Shown here one piece after another: positions 8,466 through 17,558 of a stretch of DNA of 64,000 bases. Below the pieces are notes generated by a model. That model made no database searches and was not told the origin of the DNA. It was given only the letters and a program-made list of their open reading frames with translations. This stretch comes from Candidatus Bathyarchaeota archaeon (GTDB taxonomy: Archaea > Thermoproteota > Bathyarchaeia > Hecatellales > Hecatellaceae). The stretch is from contig JBQPWD010000004.1 of the NCBI GenBank assembly GCA_052246995.1, positions 115,945 to 179,944 on the forward strand, written 5' to 3'. Each line of letters starts with the position of its first letter. Within the stretch, counting starts at the first letter, position 1. A program made the position numbers and the translations under genes.

Positions 8466-10067
8466 TTAGCTAACCTGTATTTTTACTCCTAAGAAAACTG
8501 GTCCTTTAACGATTATTTTTTTATTTTTACTTGTTATGTAACGTTCAGCTTGAGGTTTAATTTTAATGTTTACATCACTTGGATGTTTAACAACTTTTAC
8601 ACGTAGGTTAAGTTCACCTACACTGCCTTCTTCAACCATTTTCTCCAATCTTGCGGCAGCCATTGAGGCTATAGCCTCAAGGTAAGTTATTCCTGTCGAG
8701 ACACCTTTCTCTCTGGCTTCTAAAACAAGTTTTTCTTTTTCAAACCCTTTTTCAGGTATTCCTAGGATGTTTCCTTGGTAAACGTAGATGATGTTTAAGG
8801 CTGCTGGGCCTAAAAGTTTAGCGTTAACATCTGACTCGTAAACATAAACTTTGACGTTTCTACCTAGAAGCTTATCTTCATACACCAAAAACTGGCATGG
8901 TCCCTTTTCTTCACCATACCTTAAAAAGGCTTGAACAATGGCATTTTTAACTTTTTCACCTTCAAGGGTTTTAGGTTTTTCGTCAATTTCAACCATTTTT
9001 GCAATTTCCAAGTCGCTATATTCTGGTTGAAGGTAGAAATGCGGGTAGGCTAACCGTCTAATATCATTTTCACCTGTAATTATCATTGCCAATCTTTCAA
9101 TGCCAAAACCAGCATTAAAAACAGGATATTCTACACCGTAGTTTGCAAGTGCAACAGGTGAGTATAGTCCTTCATCTCCAACTTCAACCCATTCACCATT
9201 AAACTTGATGAACACTTCAGCTTCGGTTTGAGGTGCATAATACTTGCTTGTAGCTTTTTTAATAATAAACTTGACATCGTTAAAACCAAGTTTAGATAGG
9301 ACAATTTTTGTAAGCTCCATACCGTCTTCCAAACTTATATTTTCAGCCATAACAACAAGAGAAGCAACATGGGATTCGTAGAGGTGTAAAAAGTCTAAAC
9401 TTTGTTCTCTTCTAAACTTTAAACCTATGGAAAAAAGTTTTACTGGAAGTTCAAGTTTATCTTTAATGTTTGCTAAAACAGGAAACCATAAAGCAGTCAT
9501 GTGAGACCTTAAAATAAGCTTTGACGATAATGGTTTAAGCTGTAAAAATTCTGGGAAAATTTTTAAAATTGATGTTGCAGTTTCAGGTTTAACTGAAAGC
9601 TTATCCACAATTTCTTCAACAAGATTGTCGCTTTCAATTTTTCCTTCCTTGTACTCCCTAAATATTTTTTTAAGTACAGTAACATTGTCCTCGTTAAACT
9701 CGGGTATTAAACTTTTGATTTTACCAATCTTCTCTTTACTTATACCTATATCCGGCCTTGGAAGGGTTGCAAGATAAAAACATCTATCCAGAATTATTGG
9801 AGCTTCAGGACCATACTGCCTGTAAACCTCACCCTCCTCAACAATGCTTGGATTTAAAACTTCATCAAAACCAAGTGAAAGAAGTGTTTCTCTAAATTTT
9901 AAAGCTAAATCTATGACTGGATGAGTTTTGCCTTTACCTTCAACCCAGTTTATGTTTCTGCCTTCAATCTTAACAAGCTTACCAGTTTCAATCCAAGCTT
10001 TTTCAAAATCTTCTTCAGCCATTTTTCTAATCTCTTTAACGTTAAACTTGGCCAAGCTTAAAATCAC
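8466..10067 (-). CDS. sepS: O-phosphoseryl-tRNA(Cys) ligase (SepRS)
   Basis: 533 aa, colinear by eye with methanogen SepRS. Matching segments are 'DFEKAW', 'THPV', 'YRQYGPEAPIILDRCFYLATLPRPDIG', 'LRSHMT', 'FRREQ' and 'GFGIERLAMI'. The start codon is GTG. Confidence 0.9.
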   Translation of the reverse strand: MILSLAKFNVKEIRKMAEEDFEKAWIETGKLVKIEGRNINWVEGKGKTHPVIDLALKFRETLLSLGFDEVLNPSIVEEGEVYRQYGPEAPIILDRCFYLATLPRPDIGISKEKIGKIKSLIPEFNEDNVTVLKKIFREYKEGKIESDNLVEEIVDKLSVKPETATSILKIFPEFLQLKPLSSKLILRSHMTALWFPVLANIKDKLELPVKLFSIGLKFRREQSLDFLHLYESHVASLVVMAENISLEDGMELTKIVLSKLGFNDVKFIIKKATSKYYAPQTEAEVFIKFNGEWVEVGDEGLYSPVALANYGVEYPVFNAGFGIERLAMIITGENDIRRLAYPHFYLQPEYSDLEIAKMVEIDEKPKTLEGEKVKNAIVQAFLRYGEEKGPCQFLVYEDKLLGRNVKVYVYESDVNAKLLGPAALNIIYVYQGNILGIPEKGFEKEKLVLEAREKGVSTGITYLEAIASMAAARLEKMVEEGSVGELNLRVKVVKHPSDVNIKIKPQAERYITSKNKKIIVKGPVFLGVKIQVS

Positions 10068-10701
10068 CAGTCTTAACTCTTTTCCTGTCTAAAAGCTTTA
10101 AATACTCCTCTAAACCTTTTCTTCTTTTTTCAAGTAAAAGTTCACTTCCAGCTGACTCTACAAGGTGTCTTGTAACATCACATTTTCTTCTTAGTAGAGG
10201 TACAACCAGAAAAACATGTTCATTTAAGGCTGAAAGCATTTTGTAAATGTCTTCCATATGTTTAAAGTAGTGTTCAGCTTTTTTTACATCTCCAATTCTA
10301 AGACACTCTGAAACTTTACGTTTAAGTTCGCCAACAACATCAGCAAGACCTAAAACGTAAGCTGAGGAGGAAACGCCAACCTCTTCAGGTGTTGGATATA
10401 ATCCAACCTTTTCAATACAGAAGAAGATTGAGGCTTCAGCATATTCTTGACTTGCAGTAAACAATGCACCGCTGGTTTGAAGTTCAGGTGCATTTTTTAA
10501 AAAATCTGTTGTAAGGTTTAACAGCTTTCTAGCTTCATCTAAAGTTTTTTCAGCTTTTTCAAGCTTGTTTTGATGTAAAAGCAGAATTGTTTTTTTGGAT
10601 TTTTGGGTTATCTTTCTAGAGTTTAAAAGCATTTTTTCTCTTAAACTGCTTTTAATTTTTAACTCTTTTTTAACATTTTTAAGAATTCTCTTAAGAGACA
10701 T
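10042..10701 (-). CDS. translin/TRAX-family protein (putative RNA-binding protein or RNase)
   Basis: 219-aa all-helical protein. 'YVLGLADVVGELKRK' and the overall length match my recollection of archaeal translin-family proteins. Confidence 0.55.
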   Translation of the reverse strand: MSLKRILKNVKKELKIKSSLREKMLLNSRKITQKSKKTILLLHQNKLEKAEKTLDEARKLLNLTTDFLKNAPELQTSGALFTASQEYAEASIFFCIEKVGLYPTPEEVGVSSSAYVLGLADVVGELKRKVSECLRIGDVKKAEHYFKHMEDIYKMLSALNEHVFLVVPLLRRKCDVTRHLVESAGSELLLEKRRKGLEEYLKLLDRKRVKTGDFKLGQV

Positions 10702-10707
10702 GCTTTT

Positions 10708-11664
10708 TTACCTTAACTTTAAAGGTTTTCCCACTCTACTTAAAAGTACAACTCTACTATCCCGGGCTTCATCAACAATCTTGTACCCTGTTAGCTTGGT
10801 TAAATTTTCAGCAAACATTTTAACATCCTCGTGGGAAGGCATATCTTCGTATGTTAATCTTTTTCTTGAGAAACCGACATACATGTAGGATTTAACTTCA
10901 ACATAGCTACTTTCAGCTTTAGATATAAGTTTAACATAATCCTCAGTATAACCCATGTTTAAGCTTTTTGTAAGAGTTATTCTTAAAACGGTTGGACAGT
11001 TAAAGTTTTTAAGCAAACTTAAAGACTCGTTTAACCTTTCCCATGCATCAGGAATCCTAGGTCTACATATCCTGTTAAAAACTTCTTTATTGGGTGCATG
11101 AATTGAAATGTAAAGTTGGCTTGGTTGATGGTTTAAGTTTTCAAGAGCTTTAGGGTTTGTTCCGTTGGTTACAAGAAATGTTGTCATGTTTCTTTTATGA
11201 AATTCTTCTATAAGTTCTCCAATTAAAGGGTAGAGTGTTGGTTCTCCTGTAAGGCTTATGGCTGCATGGTTGGGGTTTAAGGCTTCCTCCCATTTTGACC
11301 TTTCAACTTTAGGATGGGGTTTGTAGCCTGTTAAAATTCTTCTTTGAGCTTTAATACACTCGTCAATAATAAGTTCAGGTAGGTCAGGTTTAACGTTAAA
11401 CATCGCTTCGTCAAAGCTTAAGCCTAAATCTTCAGGTTGAACACGCCAGCAGAAAAGACAACGTAAAGTACAGAAGTATAGGGAAGGTGTCATTTGGAGA
11501 CAACGGTGGGATGGGATGCCATAAAATTTTTGTTTATAGCAAACCCTACCATAAACAAGGCTTTGATGAAGCCAACTACACTTTTTAACAGCAGAATGTC
11601 TACCAACAATCTGGTATTTTTCACGTTTAAGTCTTAAATTAAGCTGCTCTAAAAACATTCTCAC
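10708..11664 (-). CDS. taw1: tRNA 4-demethylwyosine synthase (radical SAM, Taw1/TYW1)
   Basis: 318 aa. Has 'YGIPSHRCLQMTP', the radical-SAM CxxxCxxC in 'FCTLRCLFCWR', and N-terminal extra Cys residues. Confidence 0.85.
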   Translation of the reverse strand: MRMFLEQLNLRLKREKYQIVGRHSAVKKCSWLHQSLVYGRVCYKQKFYGIPSHRCLQMTPSLYFCTLRCLFCWRVQPEDLGLSFDEAMFNVKPDLPELIIDECIKAQRRILTGYKPHPKVERSKWEEALNPNHAAISLTGEPTLYPLIGELIEEFHKRNMTTFLVTNGTNPKALENLNHQPSQLYISIHAPNKEVFNRICRPRIPDAWERLNESLSLLKNFNCPTVLRITLTKSLNMGYTEDYVKLISKAESSYVEVKSYMYVGFSRKRLTYEDMPSHEDVKMFAENLTKLTGYKIVDEARDSRVVLLSRVGKPLKLR

Positions 11665-11878
11665 CCTCCAAAACTGTCAACCTTTATATGCAACCAAACT
11701 AAACAAACAATATTCTCTTGAAGGGGGAGAAGAGGTAAATGTAAGTATTACTTCTGTACGATGAAACATTTATAAGACCTTACCTATCAAGTGGATAAAG
11801 GGTTATATTTAAGCCTTAAATTATAACTTAAATAATAAAAGTTTATATCAACCTTGAAGTTCTGAAACAACTAGAAAA

Positions 11879-11954
11879 GCTCCGGTAGTATAGCCCGGTT
11901 AAGTATACCGGCCTTTCGAGCCGGTGGTCGCGGGTTCAAATCCCGCCCGGAGCA
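11879..11954 (+). tRNA. tRNA-Glu (UUC), no encoded CCA
   Basis: GCTCCGG ... CCGGC CTTTCGA GCCGG TGGTC GCGGG TTCAAAT CCCGC CCGGAGC A. A TTTATAT box lies about 30 nt upstream. Confidence 0.85.
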
Positions 11955-11970
11955 CTCCAAATTTGAAAAC

Positions 11971-11994
11971 AAGCCCGAAAAAGGCTTATTTTCT
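11971..11994 (+). terminator. short hairpin plus T-run after tRNA-Glu
   Basis: AAGCC-CGAAAAA-GGCTT followed by ATTTTCT. Confidence 0.3.
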
Positions 11995-12023
11995 GGGACA
12001 GTTTGGGACAGTCCTAGGACAGT
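11995..12023. repeat. three helically phased direct repeats GGGACAGT / GGGACAGT / AGGACAGT
   Basis: Copies lie at 11995-12002, 12005-12012 and 12016-12023, with 10- and 11-nt spacing. They sit between tRNA-Glu and the repeat-protein gene. Confidence 0.8.
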
Positions 12024-12182
12024 TCCAGGTGGAATATTTGCCCTTGGATAAGGCTGATTAAGGTATTTTTCTGAGATTTTTGAAATATTTAAGCCACCCA
12101 CTTTTTAGTCCTGAACTAAAATGCCAATCCTTAAATATTCTTGTTTTCTAATGACTAGGTAGGTTTAAGAGCTGTCTTCATA

Positions 12183-12875
12183 ATGAAGTCTTTAAAGAAA
12201 GAGTTCCTAGAACTGTTAGACAAGGACCTAGAATTCCGTTATGCTGTAGCTGGCTATCTAGGGTTATCTGAAATACTGAAGAGGCTTGACGCCTTAGCCG
12301 AAGAACAGACGAAAATATGGGCTGAGATTGCTGGGCTTAGAGAAGAGCAGACAAGAATATGGGCTGAGATAAAAGCGCTAAGAGAAGAACAGACGAAAAT
12401 ATGGGTTGAGATTGCTGGGCTTAGAGAGGACTTCAATAAGATGAGGGAAGATTTCAATAGAGTGTATAGGCAGTTGGACATTAGGCTTACCAGGGTTGAG
12501 CGTACACTAGAGAAGATAACGCTAGATATCGAGGAGGAGGCTAGAATAATAGTTAAATATAGGCTTAGAGAGATGGGCTACGAAGTCGAAATAGGTTCGT
12601 TAATACTGCCAGAAGTCGAAATAAATATTTACGGCGTCTCAGATGAAATATGCATTATAGGTGAAGCATCCGTCAGAGCACCAGTAAACATAATCGACAA
12701 AATAAACAGTAACCTCGAGAAACTAAAAACACTATACCCAGACAAGCTGAAACCAAAAATACTGAAAGTCGTTTATACAAGCCTAGCTATGCCAGACCTA
12801 GTTGAAAAAGCCGAAAAAGAGGGTATATGGGTTCTAAAGGCAACAGGCGATATAGTTAAACCTAAGGACTTATAG
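12183..12875 (+). CDS. coiled-coil repeat protein with C-terminal alpha/beta domain (possible nuclease-like fold), function unknown
   Basis: 230 aa. The N-terminal half has three tandem 14-aa repeats, EEQT(K/R)IW(A/V)EI(A/K)(G/A)LR. The C-terminal half has an 'EVEINIYGVSDEICIIGEASVR' E..D..E pattern reminiscent of PD-(D/E)xK folds, but without an obvious Lys. Confidence 0.6.
   Translation: MKSLKKEFLELLDKDLEFRYAVAGYLGLSEILKRLDALAEEQTKIWAEIAGLREEQTRIWAEIKALREEQTKIWVEIAGLREDFNKMREDFNRVYRQLDIRLTRVERTLEKITLDIEEEARIIVKYRLREMGYEVEIGSLILPEVEINIYGVSDEICIIGEASVRAPVNIIDKINSNLEKLKTLYPDKLKPKILKVVYTSLAMPDLVEKAEKEGIWVLKATGDIVKPKDL
12300..12425 (+). repeat. in-frame 42-bp tandem repeat x3 inside the CDS
   Basis: GAAGAACAGACGAAAATATGGGCTGAGATTGCTGGGCTTAGA and two near-identical copies follow each other directly. 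Confidence 0.9.
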
Positions 12876-13327
12876 TCAAACCAACCATTATCTTCTCGCT
12901 TCTCTCCAATACCTTATCACCACCAGCCTCCCACTTCAAGGTGAAGACATTGTTTTTCTTGTTGGCTTTGATGTATGCGTTTTGTCTTCCCGGCGGAAAC
13001 GTTGACGGAGGAGGTTGTTGAAAAACTTAAGAAAAAACCTAACCTCACATGTAAATTTGTAAAATTGGAAAAAGTTGGAAGAAGAATTGGCAATTCCAAA
13101 GGTTTTCTGGAAAATTTTTGACGAAAAAACACTCCAACACCTAGCAAAAATACAAAACCAACCTCTCATTTAAGGCCATATGATGCCTTATACGGTTTCA
13201 TTTTAGCTTTAAAATGAAAAAGGTTATTAGACACAATTAATTATCAATTTTTTATTTGTAACATAACAACCATGGCCAATTAAACAAATCAACCAAAAAT
13301 TATGGGTAAAGAGTAAAGGGGAAAACA

Positions 13328-14419
13328 ATGAGCAACCAAAACTTGGCACCATCAATGTTTATTGGGCTTCGTGGAAAAGGGTTAATCTCTTTTGGTTCAG
13401 GACAACCTGACTTACCTCCACCTCCAAACATTAAAAAAGCTTATTCTCGTTTTAAGGTTTTTAAGTACGGCCTAATCCAAGGAGAATTAAAGTTAAGAAG
13501 GGCTTTAGCAAAAGAATATCCACGTTCAAGCCATGAAAACTTTGTAATAACCAACGGTGCATCTGAAGCCTTAGATTTAACTTTGAGGGCAATATCATCA
13601 ATAAACAAAAACAATAATAAGAAAAACAAGGTTTTACTGCCAAGACCATACTACTACACCTATCCAAGACTGGTTAAACTAGCTGGAATGGAACCTGTTT
13701 TCACCAACCTTGTAGATGGAAGAATCGATTTTAAAGATTTTGAGGAAAAAGTTGTAGACTGTAAGGCTGTACTGATAAATTCACCTTCAAACCCTACTGG
13801 AAGGGTAGAATCTATGACAACTTTAAAGAAAATTGAAAAGTTAACAAGCGATTTAGGTGTATACGTAATATCAGACGAAGTTTACAAGGACCTAATTTAT
13901 GTAAGAGAAAACTATTTAATAAAAGGTCCTCACGTGATAACAGTAAATTCTTTTTCAAAAACATATGCACTTTGCGGTTTAAGAATAGGATACCTATGGT
14001 CACTAGACCAAGACATAGTAAAAAAAGTTATTGAAATAAAAAATTCAACCTCAATGAACACAAACATTCTAGCACAAGAAATGGCTTTTGAAGCTTTAAA
14101 AGCACCAAAAAGTTTTGTTGAAAAACAGGTTGAAATTTTTAAGAAAAGAAGAGACCTAATCTACAGCCGCCTAAAAGACATGGGTTTAGAGCTTTGGAAA
14201 CCTGAAGGGGCATTTTACGTTTTTCCAAAGATTAAAAAATCAGAAGAGTTTGTGTGGAACATGTTTAAAAAGTACAAGGTAATCACCTACCCTGGAGAAT
14301 GGTTTGGAATAGAAAACCATGTTAGATTTTCATACGCATTAAACATGGAAGAAATTGAGGAGGGATTAGAAAGAGTGGAAAAATACTTAAAAAATGAGGG
14401 AAAAATCCACCTAGAATAA
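13328..14419 (+). CDS. class I/II PLP aminotransferase (aspartate/aromatic type)
   Basis: 363 aa. Has 'NSPSNPTGR' and the PLP-Lys context 'SFSKTYALCGLRIGY'. Carries an Asn/Lys-rich insert 'NKNNNKKNK'. Confidence 0.8.
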   Translation: MSNQNLAPSMFIGLRGKGLISFGSGQPDLPPPPNIKKAYSRFKVFKYGLIQGELKLRRALAKEYPRSSHENFVITNGASEALDLTLRAISSINKNNNKKNKVLLPRPYYYTYPRLVKLAGMEPVFTNLVDGRIDFKDFEEKVVDCKAVLINSPSNPTGRVESMTTLKKIEKLTSDLGVYVISDEVYKDLIYVRENYLIKGPHVITVNSFSKTYALCGLRIGYLWSLDQDIVKKVIEIKNSTSMNTNILAQEMAFEALKAPKSFVEKQVEIFKKRRDLIYSRLKDMGLELWKPEGAFYVFPKIKKSEEFVWNMFKKYKVITYPGEWFGIENHVRFSYALNMEEIEEGLERVEKYLKNEGKIHLE

Positions 14420-14427
14420 ACCTTTTA

Positions 14428-16296
14428 CTACATAATCAACCCAAACCTGGAGACTAAAAATTTTTGATGTTTAGAAACAACCATAAGACATTCTTTAAGA
14501 ATATTTTCTTCAAACTTTGTCAACTCACTAGGTTTAATATAGTTATCCGGCTCTTCACCCTTTAAAGTTTGGGTTAGCTGATGTTTAAGCCTTAAAGTTA
14601 AAATAAACTTGTAGGTTTCCTTTAACTCTTCACCTTCTTTTTTTGTTAAAACTCCTTTACTAACCAAAAAATCTATTCTTTCAAGTGTATTGGTAATAGG
14701 AGATTTAACCTCAACTATAAGTGATTTTACACCTGTTACTATTGGAAATAAACCAAAATGTTTTATGTCTAAACCTTTTTCACCATACTTTATCCCGCCA
14801 AAAAAACTTATTGGAGAAGCTATACTCGCACTTACCTCAGCTAGAGACCTAGCACAATCCATAGTAATCCTACTCAAAACATACGTGTTTAAGGCTTGAG
14901 CTAAACTTTCATCTCCATAAACAGGTCTAAGGTCTAAAAAGAGAGCCAAACGTAGGAGGTTATCACCGTCTGGAAAACCAATCCACACGTCAAAATATTT
15001 TTTCCATTCCTTCAAGCTTTTTCTCCACTGCGGGTTTGAAGCCATATAATTAGCTTTACATTTAGGTACACCTAACTCTACAAGACCCTCATTGGCTAAG
15101 TTTGCCAATTCCTCCAAAAATTTCTCACCTTTCTCATCAACAACATCATCATAGATTATAGCGTTATCTTGGTCTGTACGTAATACTTGTTCTCTCCTAC
15201 CGCTACTTCCCGCAACAACCCAAACATATCTAACAGGTTTCCATAAACTTTCATTCATCAACCTTTTTTCCATAATTTCTAAAATTCTTCTTGTAAACAT
15301 ATCATTAATTACAGTAAAAAGCTCAGCCATTTCAACAAAGCCAACACCACGGTTAAGCAAAGAGTTGATGGCGTTTAATGCTTGTTTATAAATTTTCTTA
15401 AGCTCTTCAATTTTATCCGCTTTAACTATCCTTTTTGAAAGAATGGAAAGGGAGTAGGTTGGCTCCATTGCAACCATTAAATCCTTGGAGGTTACAATAC
15501 CCTTTACCCTGCTTGTAGCGTTAACAACAACCAAGTGGTTTAGGGATTTTGAGATTTGAAGAAGATAAGCTTCATAAAGTGCACGGTCCTCATCAATACA
15601 CACAACGGGAAAACTCATAACTTTTGAGATAGATTGAGAAACATCTATTTTTTCGGCAATTATTTTTCTAAGGTCTCTTGCGGTTATAATACCCACAGGC
15701 CGTTTTTCCTCATCTATAACCACAACAGAACCAACTTTTTCTCTGTACATAAGGTTAACAGCATCCTGAATTGTTGTGGTTGAAGAACATACAACCGGAT
15801 CTCTTGTAACAATATCTCCAACTCTACTAATAACCGGATATCTTTCAGGAGCTCTAACAAGCTCTTTCTCATAAAGCTTGTAGAGGGTTGTAAGTCTTCT
15901 TTCAAGCAGACTTATGTAATAGGCTGAAAAGTTTTTATTTAAATTAAACACTTTTTTAAAATCTTCACATGGAATCAAAATACATGTTGAATCTTCCTCG
16001 GCAACAGCATCTACCTTAACAGGTGCCCCAGAAATTGCGGACACAACACCAAAAGCTTCTCCAGGCTTTATATGTTCAACAATCTGTGAGTCTGTAAGAA
16101 GAAAAACTAGCCCATCATAAAGCACATACAAGTATTTTACTGGAGATTCACCAGCATAAAAAATTGTTTCTCCACGTTTAAACTTTCGTACAACAGCATT
16201 TTGAATAAGTATTTTTAATTCTTCTTCTTTAAGGAGGAAAAATGGAATATAATTTACAAGAAATTTTTGGATTTTTTCTTTTTCCATCTTCACCAA
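14428..16296 (-). CDS. cNMP-binding + tandem CBS + nucleotidyltransferase-domain signal protein (COG2905-type architecture)
   Basis: 622 aa. N-terminal cNMP-barrel-like 'FKRGETIFYAGE', a CBS pair ('VGIITARDL', 'KGIVTSKDL'), then 'VAGSSGRREQVLRTDQDNAII' (a GS...DxD nucleotidyltransferase motif) and a helical C-domain. Confidence 0.75.
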   Translation of the reverse strand: MVKMEKEKIQKFLVNYIPFFLLKEEELKILIQNAVVRKFKRGETIFYAGESPVKYLYVLYDGLVFLLTDSQIVEHIKPGEAFGVVSAISGAPVKVDAVAEEDSTCILIPCEDFKKVFNLNKNFSAYYISLLERRLTTLYKLYEKELVRAPERYPVISRVGDIVTRDPVVCSSTTTIQDAVNLMYREKVGSVVVIDEEKRPVGIITARDLRKIIAEKIDVSQSISKVMSFPVVCIDEDRALYEAYLLQISKSLNHLVVVNATSRVKGIVTSKDLMVAMEPTYSLSILSKRIVKADKIEELKKIYKQALNAINSLLNRGVGFVEMAELFTVINDMFTRRILEIMEKRLMNESLWKPVRYVWVVAGSSGRREQVLRTDQDNAIIYDDVVDEKGEKFLEELANLANEGLVELGVPKCKANYMASNPQWRKSLKEWKKYFDVWIGFPDGDNLLRLALFLDLRPVYGDESLAQALNTYVLSRITMDCARSLAEVSASIASPISFFGGIKYGEKGLDIKHFGLFPIVTGVKSLIVEVKSPITNTLERIDFLVSKGVLTKKEGEELKETYKFILTLRLKHQLTQTLKGEEPDNYIKPSELTKFEENILKECLMVVSKHQKFLVSRFGLIM

Positions 16297-16379
16297 AAGA
16301 ATTCTCTATCATTCTTAAATACCTTTTCTAAAAAGAAAATCTCTTAACCAAAAACTTTAAGAATGGTTTTCTAAAATCT

Positions 16380-17456
16380 TTATTTAGTTGTTGATACTTC
16401 CCTTTTACTATAAAGAACTATCTTACTTGGTTTTTCAAGATACCTATTTACGGTTATATGGGCTATTGAAGCACCATAATCAGAAATCCTTTCAAAAACT
16501 TGGCTTATACATGCAATGCTAACTGCAACTTTTGTTTCTATATTTGTTTCCAGTATTTTACCGAGAAATTTCTCATTTTCAAACTCAAACTTTTTCTTTT
16601 TTTCGATAGAATTACTTGCTTTTTTTAATTCATTTGTAATAAGACTTTCAAAAGCATCGGTGTAGATGCCTAAAGCTTTCTCGCCCATTTGATGTAAATC
16701 CTTAACTATAGATTTGTCGAGGTTACTACCATGTCCGTCAACCAGTTTAAGAATATGTTTTGCAGCAATTTCAAGGTAGTCAGCTACACTCTCCAAACAT
16801 TTGGAAATAACTCTATATCCAAGCAGATTACGAGGGTCTTCTATACCAATTTTTTCCGCTATGTTATGGTTAAGCTGCGCACATAATATGGCACGTACAA
16901 TTAGCCAGTATAGCATATCTGCCTCAGACTCTCTGTTTATAACCTCTTTTAGTAGGGTTGGGTCTAAGCTTAAAAGTCCGTCTAAAACTTCCGTAAACAT
17001 TGTTATGGTTAGGGTAAAAAGCCTTCTTAGCATTGTTGTAAGGGTTATGCTTGAAACATCCATAGAACATTGAAGGGTAACTTTATGAGATTCTTCCTCC
17101 ATTATGCTTAAACCTATCAACTTAAAAGTAATGTTTCTTATAGTGGAAAGCCATTCACCACAAATTTTGTTTTGAGAGGATGATATTGTTATAGTTTGGC
17201 ATCCTATAATGTAGCATCCCACAATAATTCTTTCTAAAAGTTTAGGATTATCACACAAATCTAGGTTAACTACCACATGATTAGAATCTTCTTTAGACTT
17301 AACCATGTTTATAGGCGCCAATTTAAGCGAACCGTCTTCTTCCTGAGAGTAAATGATAACATCTCCTTTTTTTAACCTGTTTTGTTTAATCCACTTTGCT
17401 GGTAAAGAAATTGTAAAAGTTGAGTAGCCAACTTTTTGAAGTTTTCTTCCTTCCAT
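16380..17456 (-). CDS. AbrB/SpoVT-like DNA-binding domain fused to PhoU-like repeats
   Basis: 358 aa. 'YSTFTISLPAKWIKQNRLKKGDVIIY' swapped-hairpin N-terminus, followed by two helical PhoU-like halves. Confidence 0.7.
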   Translation of the reverse strand: MEGRKLQKVGYSTFTISLPAKWIKQNRLKKGDVIIYSQEEDGSLKLAPINMVKSKEDSNHVVVNLDLCDNPKLLERIIVGCYIIGCQTITISSSQNKICGEWLSTIRNITFKLIGLSIMEEESHKVTLQCSMDVSSITLTTMLRRLFTLTITMFTEVLDGLLSLDPTLLKEVINRESEADMLYWLIVRAILCAQLNHNIAEKIGIEDPRNLLGYRVISKCLESVADYLEIAAKHILKLVDGHGSNLDKSIVKDLHQMGEKALGIYTDAFESLITNELKKASNSIEKKKKFEFENEKFLGKILETNIETKVAVSIACISQVFERISDYGASIAHITVNRYLEKPSKIVLYSKREVSTTK

Positions 17457-17558
17457 GTTTCTCTCTAGTATACTTAAAGTATATACTAGAATTTATAATT
17501 TAAGCTAAATAATTATTTTCTTTTTTACATATTTTACTACCGTGGTAGTGATATATAC

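Noticed and set aside
11871-12101. 76-aa minus-strand ORF.
   Set aside because: It overlaps the tRNA-Glu gene and its downstream hairpin and repeats. Its translation is simply the reverse complement of a tRNA.
12876-13327. A 450-nt gap after the repeat-protein gene. It holds overlapping 76/77-aa minus-strand ORFs and a 48-aa plus-strand ORF (MRFVFPAETLTEEVVEKLKKKPNLTCKF...). I considered an integrase or transposase remnant, or a small gene.
   Set aside because: I recognised no motifs, no start context, and no repeat of the tRNA-Glu 3' end that would mark an att site. I cannot support a feature here.
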